Shown: piece by piece, positions 9,459-19,657 of the stretch | Numbering within the stretch: position 1 is the first letter of the stretch | Layout: each line of letters starts with the position of its first letter | Origin: a candidate division WOR-3 bacterium | Lineage (GTDB): Bacteria > Hydrothermota > 32-111 | NCBI GenBank assembly: GCA_037481815.1 | Contig: JBBFKX010000001.1 | Coordinates: 672,001-736,000, forward strand | Direction of reading: 5' to 3' | Length of the DNA stretch: 64,000 nucleotides | Notes under the pieces: model-generated | What the model saw: the letters and a program-made list of their open reading frames with translations, nothing else | The model's database searches: none | Told to the model about the DNA's origin: nothing | Made by a program: the position numbers and the translations under genes

Positions 9459-11618
9459 TTAAAATTTAACAATCTTTTTGATTTTTCCCCCTTCAAGTTT
9501 CTTAAAATAAACTCCCCTTTTTAAAACACCTTCAACAACTTTTCTTCCACTTAAATCATAAATTTCATTTTTATTTATAAAACTAAATTTGGATATTTCA
9601 ACATCAATATCCATCTCTTTTGTTTCTCCCCCATAACTTAAAAGTTTAAGATTATAACTATTTTTACCTATTTTGGGTGTTCTGTCAAGAGCAAAGTTGT
9701 TGTAAATTTCAACTTTTTTTGAAAGAGTTTTATTGACACATTCCAGAATTCTATAATTTATATCGTTCAAAATAATTTTTACATAATTTTGATTCTTTTC
9801 AATTGAAAAAATTATCTGATCAGTTCTGACCGATTGACTCCTTAAACTTCTGAAAACATTTAAAAATCCATAACCTGTAAAAAGTTCATAATCTCTATCA
9901 ACTGACACTATATCTGCACCTTTTTTTATAAGTTCATAAAGTTGATTCACATTCAAATTCGAATCAGCCTGAAGAAGTTGAACCAAAGCAACACCTGTAA
10001 AAATCGATGAATAACTTGTCCCAAAGAAAAATCCAAAAGAGTCCTTGTATCCTATACCATCACTTCCGAATTTATAACTTAAAATATATTTACCTGGAGA
10101 GTATATATCAGGTTTTAAATTGTCTTCACTCTTTGAGTTGAAAGATGAGATTGTAAAAAGTGTATCCTCACTCACAAAAAGATATGTGTTTCTTCTTGAA
10201 AGGTATGAGCCAGAAGATATCACATTTTCAATCAAAGCGGGATCACATAAAGTTTTCTTTCTGTCTCCATCAACAAAATTTTCATATGATGGTTTTACAA
10301 ATGTTCCACCTCTTGAAATGAAAAATTCAACTGGATTCTCTTTCAATGTTTTAAAGATCTGGATTCCAAGGTAACTTTTGCTTTGATGTTCAAATACAAG
10401 ATGTGAAAAATTTTTTTCATCGTTAAACCCAAAACCTAAGAAGAAATCTTTACCATAACAATAAAAAACCGGATTATCTTTTAAATCGATCCAATCAGAA
10501 ACAAGTAAACTCCCATCTGATACAACAAAAAATCTTATCGAAAGATCGTTGTCGTTTGATATATCCAGATCAAGGTTTTTTGAAGAATCTGTAAGTATAA
10601 GAACAGAACTGTTTGAAAGAATATCCTCATTTTTTACACTATAGGTATCATAAACCTTTGCATGTATCTTCAGATTCCCGAGGTTTCCAGCAGGAACAGA
10701 GATTCCTCTTTTTGTACCGGTTAATGGAAAAAGTTTTTTGATCCCCTCTTCAAACAGATCTTGCCCATTATGGAAGCCCCAATAATAGTTTAATGGCATA
10801 AAAACAACAAACGGTTTTTGAAAATATTCACATTTCTGTACAAGATATTTTAATCCATCAAGAACATTTTTTGTGTTCAAATATGTGTTGACCGCTATTA
10901 TTTTTGATTTTTTTATCAAACCCTCTGAAAAGTAGGATTCGGAAGAGAGGATCGAAAGAAGAGATGTTCCATGACCTTTAACATCCTCCATATAATAGTT
11001 CAAAACATTTAAAGAATCTATCTCTTCTCCATAACCAAAATTTTCTGGTGGGAATGGAGAAAAGCCCTTCTGGTTCCAGATAAGTTTGAACTTTGAAAGA
11101 TTATCCTTTTTGAAAATTACAAGTGAGGGTAAAAAACCTTCATCTATAAAACCGATGTTTACACCTTCACCATCATATCCCATATCAACCATCTGTGAAA
11201 TTCTTGTCCAGTAAGCACCACTATCAGCCGACTGGAACATCGGTTTTGAAATTTCACAAAAATTCAAAAAGTTCGAATCTGAAAGTTCTTTCAAGTGTGA
11301 AAAATCGATATAGCCCGTTATCAAAGAATCAGAGATCACAACACTTTCAAAAAGGAATGTTTTTAAACTGTTGACATCACCTTTTAATATAACTGGGATC
11401 TGCGATTTTCTATTCTTTTGAAACTCATACTGGTAGGAAATTATCGAATCTGCGTCTGGAGGATCAAAAACAAATTTTTCTTTGAGTTCACTCAAAAAGA
11501 TCTCATTTCCTAAATCCTCTGAAAAATATGAGATCAAGGTGGGGTCAAGTTTGGAAAGGTTTAAAGAAAAGAGGTTGAAAAAAATAACCAGAGGAAAAAT
11601 TTTAAAAAAAATTTTCAT
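9459..11618 (-). CDS. Divergent S8 subtilase (Csp-like, interrupted catalytic domain) with short CTD-like tail
   Basis: IGFIDEG / GHGTSL / GTSYSS triad, PAGNLG, KPDIYSPG, GYGFLN; tail IYDLSGRKV..GVYF..KKIVK. Confidence 0.75.
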   Translation of the reverse strand: MKIFFKIFPLVIFFNLFSLNLSKLDPTLISYFSEDLGNEIFLSELKEKFVFDPPDADSIISYQYEFQKNRKSQIPVILKGDVNSLKTFLFESVVISDSLITGYIDFSHLKELSDSNFLNFCEISKPMFQSADSGAYWTRISQMVDMGYDGEGVNIGFIDEGFLPSLVIFKKDNLSKFKLIWNQKGFSPFPPENFGYGEEIDSLNVLNYYMEDVKGHGTSLLSILSSESYFSEGLIKKSKIIAVNTYLNTKNVLDGLKYLVQKCEYFQKPFVVFMPLNYYWGFHNGQDLFEEGIKKLFPLTGTKRGISVPAGNLGNLKIHAKVYDTYSVKNEDILSNSSVLILTDSSKNLDLDISNDNDLSIRFFVVSDGSLLVSDWIDLKDNPVFYCYGKDFFLGFGFNDEKNFSHLVFEHQSKSYLGIQIFKTLKENPVEFFISRGGTFVKPSYENFVDGDRKKTLCDPALIENVISSGSYLSRRNTYLFVSEDTLFTISSFNSKSEDNLKPDIYSPGKYILSYKFGSDGIGYKDSFGFFFGTSYSSIFTGVALVQLLQADSNLNVNQLYELIKKGADIVSVDRDYELFTGYGFLNVFRSLRSQSVRTDQIIFSIEKNQNYVKIILNDINYRILECVNKTLSKKVEIYNNFALDRTPKIGKNSYNLKLLSYGGETKEMDIDVEISKFSFINKNEIYDLSGRKVVEGVLKRGVYFKKLEGGKIKKIVKF

Positions 11619-11625
11619 AATATTT

Positions 11626-11704
11626 ATTGTAAACCTAAAGTTAGAGTGTTGTCAACAATTATCTTAAAACAAACTATTGACATTTAAAAATTTTTTCGTA
11701 TTAT
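11626..11704. promoter_or_regulatory. Divergent sigma70 promoters (subtilase operon on -, tRNA-Phe/Leu on +)
   Basis: Minus: TTGACA (11655-11650)-18-TACAAT (11631-11626). Plus: TTGACA (11677-11682)-16-TATTAT (11699-11704). Confidence 0.7.
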
Positions 11705-11715
11705 TTTTGTTTTAA

Positions 11716-11788
<73 letters not shown>

Positions 11789-11792
11789 CTCT

Positions 11793-11873
11793 GCCGGGGT
11801 GGCGAAACTGGCAGACGCGCACGTTTGAGGGGCGTGTGGGCTTCCCGTAGGGGTTCAAGTCCCCTCCCCGGCA
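11793..11873 (+). tRNA. tRNA-Leu (GAG)
   Basis: GCCGGGG/CCCCGGC acceptor stem, anticodon loop TT-GAG-GG, variable arm, GTTCAAGTC; CCA not encoded. Confidence 0.95.
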
Positions 11874-11878
11874 TTAAA

Positions 11879-13564
11879 TCAAAAGGTTGTTGGTGGTATT
11901 TCATCTTTCAAAGATTTTTTCCTCTCATTCTTTATGGCAACATATATCGAATAGAAAATATTCCCTGAAAGTATAATAAAACCTATCAAAAAGAAAAATA
12001 AAGCACCCCAGTTTATTCCTCTATATTTTTCATAAAGCACATAGATAACAGAAATAATGAAAAGAAATACAAGATATAGTTTCCCGACATTTGAAACATC
12101 TTTTAAGTTCTTTCCATTACTCACAAAAATTGAGATCAAAAGTGTTAAGAAAACAACAAGAAAACCACCTAAAATCCTCGCTGTTAAAGAATAACCTTCG
12201 TAAGGTTTTTTAAACTCGCTGAATATCGAATATGAAAGAAGCACTATCAAAAATATAGGAACAATATATTTTATCGATATCTCAAAAATTTTATCAACAT
12301 TTATCTCTGAAACCGAATTTATAAAACTTCTCAACCTGTCACTACCAAAAAACCATGCAACAATAATAGTTTCCAAAAGACCAACAACCAAAAGCCCGTA
12401 GGTTAAAATCCAGTGGTCAACGATATCGAGCCATAATATTCCACTTCCAAAACAGTACAAAAGTCCAAACAAAAGATCTATACCAACTATTATTAACACA
12501 GATTTTCTTCTTGAAAAGTTGAATCTATCTTTAAGACCTGTAACAACCGCCTCTATAAGTGAAACAAGAGATGTTAAACCTAAAAATAAAAGCATCAAAA
12601 AAAATAAGACCCCAAAAATGTTAGGGAACGCTGGAATCTTCGCGATCGCTTCAGGATATGTTACAAATGCGAGTCCCGGACCTCCCAACCTTAACGAATC
12701 AATAGATACATTGTTTGAAAATGCAAGGAATCCAACAGTTGAAAAAACTGTTATTCCTGCTATAAACTCAACAAGAGAGTTCGTAAATCCAGTTATTTTA
12801 GCGTTGTTTGCTATATCGGTTTTTTCATCCCTGTAACTCGCATACGCAATAAGAATTCCAAATCCAAGAGAGAGTGTGTAAAATATCTGTGAAAACGCCT
12901 CGATCCAGACATTTAAAGAAAGAAGTTTTTTAAAATCAGGAGTGAAGAATTTTTCCACTCCATTCAAAGAACCTTTAAGAGTGATACCCCTTAAAAGAAG
13001 AACAAAAAGAATAAAAAAAGATAATGGTAACAAAAATGTGTTGAACTTCCCAAGTGTTTTGATTCCTTTTATTATTATAAAACCTGTGATCAACCATATT
13101 ACAACCAGTCCTATGAATATGTTCAAATTAAAAGTTGAAAAATCAAAAGGTGTTGAGGATACATTTAAAAAATCGTTGAAGAAAAAGTTCACACTACCTG
13201 ATATGTTCCACGAAAGATTTAAAGAGAAGAAAAGATAGTTCAAAGCCCATGACAGAACAACAGCATAGTATGAACAGATAACAGTTCCAACAAATATTGC
13301 AAACCATCCAAGCCATTCCCATTTTTTTGAAATCATCGAAAAAGTTTTTGCAGCCGAACCCTGAAACTTCTGTCCTATCGCTGTTTCCATCATCAACAAA
13401 GGGATCCCCGCGACAAAAAGTGCAACAAAGTATGGTATAAGAAATGCACCACCACCATTTCTATAAGCGATAAAAGGGAATCTCCACACATTACCAAGAC
13501 CAACAGCGGAACCTATTGTTGAAAGCACAAAAGCGACTCTTGAACCCCACCTTTCTCTTTCCAT
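11879..13564 (-). CDS. Sodium-dependent amino-acid transporter, NSS/SNF family, with extra C-terminal TM segments
   Basis: RERWGSR, GSAVGLGNVWRFP, GGGAFLIPY, QIFYTLSLGFG, GPGLAFVTYP; AGGAGG RBS. Confidence 0.93.
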   Translation of the reverse strand: MERERWGSRVAFVLSTIGSAVGLGNVWRFPFIAYRNGGGAFLIPYFVALFVAGIPLLMMETAIGQKFQGSAAKTFSMISKKWEWLGWFAIFVGTVICSYYAVVLSWALNYLFFSLNLSWNISGSVNFFFNDFLNVSSTPFDFSTFNLNIFIGLVVIWLITGFIIIKGIKTLGKFNTFLLPLSFFILFVLLLRGITLKGSLNGVEKFFTPDFKKLLSLNVWIEAFSQIFYTLSLGFGILIAYASYRDEKTDIANNAKITGFTNSLVEFIAGITVFSTVGFLAFSNNVSIDSLRLGGPGLAFVTYPEAIAKIPAFPNIFGVLFFLMLLFLGLTSLVSLIEAVVTGLKDRFNFSRRKSVLIIVGIDLLFGLLYCFGSGILWLDIVDHWILTYGLLVVGLLETIIVAWFFGSDRLRSFINSVSEINVDKIFEISIKYIVPIFLIVLLSYSIFSEFKKPYEGYSLTARILGGFLVVFLTLLISIFVSNGKNLKDVSNVGKLYLVFLFIISVIYVLYEKYRGINWGALFFFLIGFIILSGNIFYSIYVAIKNERKKSLKDEIPPTTF

Positions 13565-13572
13565 TGAACCTC

Positions 13573-14577
13573 CTATTTTTGTATAACACCGGAAAGAACA
13601 ACTTTATCTTCATTATATAAAACAGATATTTGGCCTGGAGTGACACCATAGATGTAATCTTTTGTTTTCACTTTAACAAGATTTCTTTGTTTTTCTATTG
13701 AACAATCAACCTCTTCGTTTCTGTATCTTATTTTCACTTTTAAATCACTTTCCTCAACTGAAAATTTTTCTATCGGATAAATAAAAAACTCCTTCACTTT
13801 TAAACCTTCCCTCTTGCATACAACTATTCGATTTTCCTGTGGTATTATTTTTTTTACAAAGAGTTTTTCATCCATTCCTCCGATCTTAACATTCTGTCCG
13901 ATTGTGAATTTGAAATATCCTGAATGTTTTTTCAAAACTTTTCCTTTTTCATCCACCATCTCTCCCTCTTGATCTGAGAAATTATTTTCTTTCAAAAAAG
14001 ATACATAATCGTCTTTTATAAAACAGATATCCTGACTCTCCTTTTCAAAAAATTTTATACCATAACCTGACACAAACTTTTTCACTTCATCTTTCGTTGA
14101 AAAAGATGTTATCGAATTTTCAAAAAATTTTAAGTGTTCCATTTTTACGGTTGAAACATAATAGGATTGATCCTTCCTCTTATCTTTACCTTTGTAAAGA
14201 AAACCATCCTCTACTCTTATGTAATGACCCGTACTGAATTTTTCGATTCCAAGATCTTTCGCCTTTGATAAAAAAAGAGGGAATTTTACCAATCTGTTGC
14301 ATAATGCACACGGATTTGGAGTTTTTCCTTCTCTGTATGTCTTTATAAAATAATCTATGATGGTTTCTTTAAAAAATTTTCTTTTATCTTCAAAAATCAA
14401 ACGGAAGCCGATATTTTTATAAATTTCTTCAACTTTATTTTTTTCAAACAAATTTTTTTCAGTTAAAATCAAAAAATATGGAAAAACTTTATAATCTAAA
14501 TTTTTAAAATATAAAACTGAGGCAAGAGAATCGATACCACCTGAAACCCCGACAAGAATTTTTTTCATATCATTCAA
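13573..14577 (-). CDS. mnmA: tRNA 2-thiouridine(34) synthase
   Basis: SGGIDS PP-loop, TPNPCALCN, TGHY, KDQSY, ESQDICF, TPGQ; start may be 14568. Confidence 0.92.
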   Translation of the reverse strand: MNDMKKILVGVSGGIDSLASVLYFKNLDYKVFPYFLILTEKNLFEKNKVEEIYKNIGFRLIFEDKRKFFKETIIDYFIKTYREGKTPNPCALCNRLVKFPLFLSKAKDLGIEKFSTGHYIRVEDGFLYKGKDKRKDQSYYVSTVKMEHLKFFENSITSFSTKDEVKKFVSGYGIKFFEKESQDICFIKDDYVSFLKENNFSDQEGEMVDEKGKVLKKHSGYFKFTIGQNVKIGGMDEKLFVKKIIPQENRIVVCKREGLKVKEFFIYPIEKFSVEESDLKVKIRYRNEEVDCSIEKQRNLVKVKTKDYIYGVTPGQISVLYNEDKVVLSGVIQK

Positions 14578-16246
14578 ATTTTACATAAATATAATCGACT
14601 TTCAATAGTTGGTTGTAAAAAGGTGAAAAGATTACTCTGTAATCTTTACCTTTTATCTGGGTTTCAAGTGTTATATTTTCAAGACCAAAATTTACCTTAT
14701 CAAGTATATTTCTGACCTTTCCCTCTTTTCCACTTTCAAAAATTTCGTAAATATTCTTTTGGGCAAAAATTTCTTCAAAAAACTTATTTTTTACAACGAT
14801 ATTCCCATTTTTATCTATCACACATAAAGGTTTATCGCTATCATACCATAAAGGAAAAATTTCAGCAAAAATATCTTCTGAAACTTTCCATTCTTTAGCG
14901 GTGTTGTATTCAAAACCAAAAAGAAGGATGAAAATGTTTTCTTTATGTTCAAAAGATGTTATGTTGAAAAGAATGTTAACAATACTCTTCCCAATTTTAA
15001 TCGGTATAAAAACCATTTTTGAAATTTCATTCTCTATAACAAAATTCAAAGAATCTTTAACAAAACTCGATTTCTCCTCTAAAACAAGATCAAAGAAATT
15101 TTTTTTGAATGTTACCCTGTTATTCGAAAAAAATATTTCACCATTCTCTTTTATAGTAAAAAGATATATACCCTTCGTTTTCAAGATTCCTGAAAGTATC
15201 TTTTCATAAAACTCTTTTTCAGATTCAGTAAGATTTTTTTCTTCAAAAATCTCTTTGAAAATCTCTATATCTTCACTCACCCTTTCCTGTAAATATTTTA
15301 TAAAGAAAATCGCTACTATGATTATCAAAATAAATATGAGTACAATGAAAAAGGTCTGCCATCTAAAGATCGAATCAAAAATCTCTTTAACCTCCACCTC
15401 AGGAGAATAACAGTATATATACCATTTTGAACCATAAACTTCAATATGAGATTTCACAAGAATGAATTTTTCGTTTCTTTTAAAAATACCGAAAGAGTTC
15501 AACGATGATAACCTCAGTGAAATAAAATTCTGGTTTGAATCTATCAGTGAAGTATCATCTATAAAAAAGAATTTGTTGATGTTCGATATATTTTCAAACT
15601 CTTTGAAAAAATCTGGAGAATAAACTATCTTTCCATCACCGTTAAAAACGATCAAAAATGAATTTTCTGTTGGTTTTATATCTGACAGGTATTCTTCATA
15701 TAAAAGGTTAAAAGGAAGAAGATAGGTAAACGCTCCATCAAAAACTCGATTTTTGAAAACTGGATGCGCAAGTGCTATTGCTTTAAAACCCTGAACTGCA
15801 AGAAACGGTTTTGAGATAACAAACCTTTTTTCTGTAAAAACTTTTTTGTTATGTTCCTGATAAAGAACATTCTGGTTTATGAACTCTTTTTGATATGGTG
15901 AGGTGTATGAGATCTTTCCTGTTCTATCGATTCTTGTGACAGCAGCATATCTTTTATGATTTATTTTCTGTATTGAATCTATTAAAAATTTTCCAAGGGG
16001 AGTCAAACTTATTATATCTTTATTTTTGCTATATATTGAAAGTTCCTCGATGTTTCTCTGTAAACAGTTGTATATACCGTGTTTTGCTGTTTCTATAAGA
16101 CCTTTTGTTATCGAAAGATGGTTCTCGTATACAAGACGAATCAAAAACATATTCGTGAGTAAATACACGAACGATAATATCATTAAAAATACTATTACAA
16201 AAACAAGAAAGGATTTAAAAAGGTTTTTTATATTCCCATTCGCCAT
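14570..16246 (-). CDS. Membrane sensor protein: TM - Cache-like periplasmic domain - TM - PAS-like cytoplasmic region, no output domain
   Basis: Two TM helices flank VISKPFLAVQGFKAIALAHPVF (dCache-like); C-terminal LCVIDKNGNIVVKNKFF is PAS-like; no HisKA/GGDEF/MCP motifs. Confidence 0.65.
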   Translation of the reverse strand: MANGNIKNLFKSFLVFVIVFLMILSFVYLLTNMFLIRLVYENHLSITKGLIETAKHGIYNCLQRNIEELSIYSKNKDIISLTPLGKFLIDSIQKINHKRYAAVTRIDRTGKISYTSPYQKEFINQNVLYQEHNKKVFTEKRFVISKPFLAVQGFKAIALAHPVFKNRVFDGAFTYLLPFNLLYEEYLSDIKPTENSFLIVFNGDGKIVYSPDFFKEFENISNINKFFFIDDTSLIDSNQNFISLRLSSLNSFGIFKRNEKFILVKSHIEVYGSKWYIYCYSPEVEVKEIFDSIFRWQTFFIVLIFILIIIVAIFFIKYLQERVSEDIEIFKEIFEEKNLTESEKEFYEKILSGILKTKGIYLFTIKENGEIFFSNNRVTFKKNFFDLVLEEKSSFVKDSLNFVIENEISKMVFIPIKIGKSIVNILFNITSFEHKENIFILLFGFEYNTAKEWKVSEDIFAEIFPLWYDSDKPLCVIDKNGNIVVKNKFFEEIFAQKNIYEIFESGKEGKVRNILDKVNFGLENITLETQIKGKDYRVIFSPFYNQLLKVDYIYVKFE

Positions 16247-16253
16247 TAATAAA

Positions 16254-16282
16254 ATTTTATGGTAGATTTAAAGTTAAGTCAA
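16254..16282 (-). promoter_or_regulatory. sigma70 promoter, leaderless start
   Basis: TTGACT-17-TAAAAT, 7 nt before ATG 16246. Confidence 0.7.
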
Positions 16283-16286
16283 TAGA

Positions 16287-17387
16287 TTAAAATATCAAAA
16301 AAGAAGTATCACCTTTTTTGTAAAATGACATTTTATATCCGTTGTTTCCAAGTATTTCCCTTTTGATATGATCTTTTGAAAGATTTTTTATCGCTTCCGC
16401 AAGATTTTTGTAATCTTTTTCCTTTACAATTATACAGTTGAAACCATCTATCAAAACATCTTTTGAACCACCTGAGCCAGTTGCAATGATCGGTAATCTA
16501 AAAGCTCCAGCTTCAAGGTAAACTATTCCAAATCCCTCAAAATCTCCTTTATGGTAAAAAACAGGTAAAACGAAAATGTCAGATTCCTCATAGAGTTTGT
16601 AAACTTCACTGTTTTTTAAATCCGTCTTTATGAAAACTTTTTCTTCAAGTTTAAAATCTTTTATCAACTTTTCAAGTTTTTCTCTATAACTTCCATTTCC
16701 GACGATATAGTACCTAAAATCTATTTCCTCTTTTAAAGTTTCGAGAGCCTTTAAAACATACTGGATACCTTTTCTTGGAGTGAACTGTGCAACTGATATC
16801 AAATTTATCGTACATTTCTTTTTATACTCTTTTTGTTCGATCCTTTTACCTGTGTATCTTGGTGAGATTATAAAAATTTCTTTTCTGGTGATTTTTTTTA
16901 AAATACTTTCAGTGTAAGAACTTATAGTTATTATCCTGTCAACTCTGTTCAACAAAAATTTTCTTAAAATGTTTATAAAACCTGATTTTCTTTTAAGATA
17001 TCGATCAAAAATGTTTACATCCGTTCCATAAGCAAAACAAACAATTTTCGTTTTGGGATAAAATTTTTTGTAAAGATATGAAAATATCGTTGTTGGTATA
17101 ACCGATTCAGAGTAAATGTAATCTATCCTTCCCCTATTTTTGAAAAGAAATTTTATTATCTTAAAGTAAAAATCCAGCCGATTAAATCTCCCCTTTAGTG
17201 GAAGATTGTTTGATCTGATGATATCTCTGAAAATCCTCAAATCCTCTTCAGGTTCAGTGAAAAGAGGTGTCTGGGTTATCACGACGAGTTGATCTTTGTA
17301 TTTGTATTCTTTGAAAACGCTGTAAAGATAATGTGAAATTCCACCTCTATATGGGGGAAAAGATATCGACAGTAAAACCTTTATCAT
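16287..17387 (-). CDS. Glycosyltransferase family 4
   Basis: FPPYRGGI, RKG, DIFVLP, EGFGIVYLEA (ExxxxxxxE motif). Confidence 0.9.
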   Translation of the reverse strand: MIKVLLSISFPPYRGGISHYLYSVFKEYKYKDQLVVITQTPLFTEPEEDLRIFRDIIRSNNLPLKGRFNRLDFYFKIIKFLFKNRGRIDYIYSESVIPTTIFSYLYKKFYPKTKIVCFAYGTDVNIFDRYLKRKSGFINILRKFLLNRVDRIITISSYTESILKKITRKEIFIISPRYTGKRIEQKEYKKKCTINLISVAQFTPRKGIQYVLKALETLKEEIDFRYYIVGNGSYREKLEKLIKDFKLEEKVFIKTDLKNSEVYKLYEESDIFVLPVFYHKGDFEGFGIVYLEAGAFRLPIIATGSGGSKDVLIDGFNCIIVKEKDYKNLAEAIKNLSKDHIKREILGNNGYKMSFYKKGDTSFLIF

Positions 17388-18406
17388 TTTAACCTTAAAT
17401 TTCCATCGTTATCAATTTCAATCAAATTCTTTTTAAAATCTGATTCGGTCAAACTTTTCATCAGTTTTACAACCTCATAATCTTTATCGAATATAACTCC
17501 TTTAAACTTTTCCTGTTTAAAAGGATATATTTTACCTGAAACAAAATTTCCAAGTGTATCGAGTTCAACATATAAAATAGGTGCTAATCCATTTATCCCC
17601 GAAATGTTGATTCCAGAAAATGTCATAAAATTACCAAGAGAGTAAGCGATAAGTTTTCCTCTGTAAAGTTCAAGTGCCCTCACAACGTGTGGACCATGGC
17701 CTATCACAAGATCAGCACCAGCATCTATAACCGTATGTGCAAACCTGTATATGTTCCCTCTATATTCACCATACATATATTCTACTGTATCCTTTATGTG
17801 TAGAGCATTTTTCCCTTCCTGTCCACCATGAAAAGTAACTATGACTATATCGTACAATTTTGAAAGTGAATCGATTAGATTATAACTTTTCTTTAAATCT
17901 GTAAGATCGTTCATAAGAGAGTAGTTCGAAAAACCAACAACACAAATTTTTTTATTGTTTATATCAAAAAATCCAAAGTCGTTTAAAAAGCCAGTATACT
18001 GTATCAAGTTTTCAGAAAGAACCTTTTTTGTTCTTGAAACTGAGATATCACCAAAATCTCTTATATGATTGTTCGCTATATTCAAAACATTGAATCCAGC
18101 ATATTTTAATGTTTTAACATATTTTTCTGGTGTTCTGAAAGCATAACTTTTTCCCTCAACAACATTTTTTCTTAAACTTCCAGAATCAGATAGCGCGGAT
18201 TCAAGATTCCCGATCCTGATATCACCTTTTTTTATTATAGATTCAGCTTCCTGAAAAAGATAGAACCCATCACCTTCTGGAACAGAAGGCGATGGATAAA
18301 CTGTTCCAACCATTATGTCACCAACAGCAGTTATCTTTATCGTTTCACTCTTTAAAAGAGAAATGAAAAAAAACATGAAATATAAAATAATGTTAAATTT
18401 TTTCAA
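17384..18406 (-). CDS. CapA-family metallophosphoesterase (exported)
   Basis: AVGDIM, GNLE, ANNHIRDFG, TFHGG, IGHGPHV, YSLGNF. Confidence 0.9.
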   Translation of the reverse strand: MKKFNIILYFMFFFISLLKSETIKITAVGDIMVGTVYPSPSVPEGDGFYLFQEAESIIKKGDIRIGNLESALSDSGSLRKNVVEGKSYAFRTPEKYVKTLKYAGFNVLNIANNHIRDFGDISVSRTKKVLSENLIQYTGFLNDFGFFDINNKKICVVGFSNYSLMNDLTDLKKSYNLIDSLSKLYDIVIVTFHGGQEGKNALHIKDTVEYMYGEYRGNIYRFAHTVIDAGADLVIGHGPHVVRALELYRGKLIAYSLGNFMTFSGINISGINGLAPILYVELDTLGNFVSGKIYPFKQEKFKGVIFDKDYEVVKLMKSLTESDFKKNLIEIDNDGNLRLK

Positions 18407-18887
18407 ATCTAACTCCTTTTTGATCTATCAATGCATAAGTTTTTTCTTTTGAAAGAAAAAGTGAAAACGCTCCGGGATTCACAACAACCTTTCCGTTTTC
18501 AACTCTTGATTCAATTTTATGGGTATGACCATAAAAAATATATTTCGGATGCTCTTTTTGAATGTAATCCTCCAAAAAGAATGGTTCATGCATCAAAATT
18601 ATATATTCAAACGGTTCCAAAAAAATTTCAAAAGGAGATGTTGAGAATGATATCGATAGATCCCTTAAAATTTTTGATGTTACAAGATCCAATCTATCAT
18701 TGTTGCCCTTTACAAGATAAAACTCATCCGATAGTTCTCTTATGATCGAAAGGTTGTAAAAATCAACAACATCACCAAGATGAATCGTTGCTAAAAATCT
18801 TTCTTTTTCATATCTTTTTTTTAAAAATTTGAAGGATCCAGTATCGTTATGAGTATCAGATATCAAAAGAATTCTTTTATCTTCCAT
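18393..18887 (-). CDS. YfcE/MJ0936-type metallophosphoesterase
   Basis: ISDTH, HLGD, KGNND, YGHTH, NPGA. Confidence 0.88.
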   Translation of the reverse strand: MEDKRILLISDTHNDTGSFKFLKKRYEKERFLATIHLGDVVDFYNLSIIRELSDEFYLVKGNNDRLDLVTSKILRDLSISFSTSPFEIFLEPFEYIILMHEPFFLEDYIQKEHPKYIFYGHTHKIESRVENGKVVVNPGAFSLFLSKEKTYALIDQKGVRFEKI

Positions 18888-19657
18888 AACACCAAAAACA
18901 ATCCGATCAAAAATGTGTAAATTGAAAAAAGATAAAACTTTTTGCTTCTCAACACTTTATAAAGCACAATCAGAGCCAAATAACCGGTCAAAAAAGAGAC
19001 AACAATTCCAGCAAAAATTTTCATATCAAAAAAGAATTTTACATCTATAAACTCTTTGATGAAAGAACCCAAAATTATAGGCATAGCCATAAAGAAAGAG
19101 AAATCCGATGCCTTTTCAGGTTCAACACCAAGAAAAAGTGCTGTTGAGATTGTTGTTCCAGATCTTGAAATCCCAGGCAAAAGCGCTATCGTTTGAAACA
19201 ACCCGATAACCATCGATTCAAAGATGTTCACACTCTTCATCCTGTTTTTTGAAAATTTTGTTGAAAAAAGGATAAGAGAGAGAATAAGATAAAAGATACC
19301 TATCAAAAAAAGATCTGTAAAAACTTTTTCAACAAAATCGTTCAACAATATTCCAACAATTGCTGCAGGGATTATTCCGATAAGGACAAGTGATGCAAAA
19401 TTTATATTCTCTTTTTTTTCCCTTTTATCCTTTAAATCAAAATATATACCTTTTAAAAGATCAACTATTTTTGCTCGAAAGAAAACCAGGAGTGAAAAGA
19501 ATGTTCCAAGATGTAAAGATGTTTCAAAAAAAAGATTTTTTGTTGTGAGTCCAAAGAAATTTTTCAGAATTGCTATGTGACCTGAAGAGGAAACAGGTAA
19601 AAATTCTGTGATCCCCTGAACCAACCCGAACAATGAATGGTAAAAAAGTTCTTTCAT
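18863..19657 (-). CDS. uppP: Undecaprenyl-diphosphate phosphatase
   Basis: QGITEFLPVSSSGH, HLGT, PGISRSG. Confidence 0.93.
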   Translation of the reverse strand: MKELFYHSLFGLVQGITEFLPVSSSGHIAILKNFFGLTTKNLFFETSLHLGTFFSLLVFFRAKIVDLLKGIYFDLKDKREKKENINFASLVLIGIIPAAIVGILLNDFVEKVFTDLFLIGIFYLILSLILFSTKFSKNRMKSVNIFESMVIGLFQTIALLPGISRSGTTISTALFLGVEPEKASDFSFFMAMPIILGSFIKEFIDVKFFFDMKIFAGIVVSFLTGYLALIVLYKVLRSKKFYLFSIYTFLIGLFLVLWKIKEFF

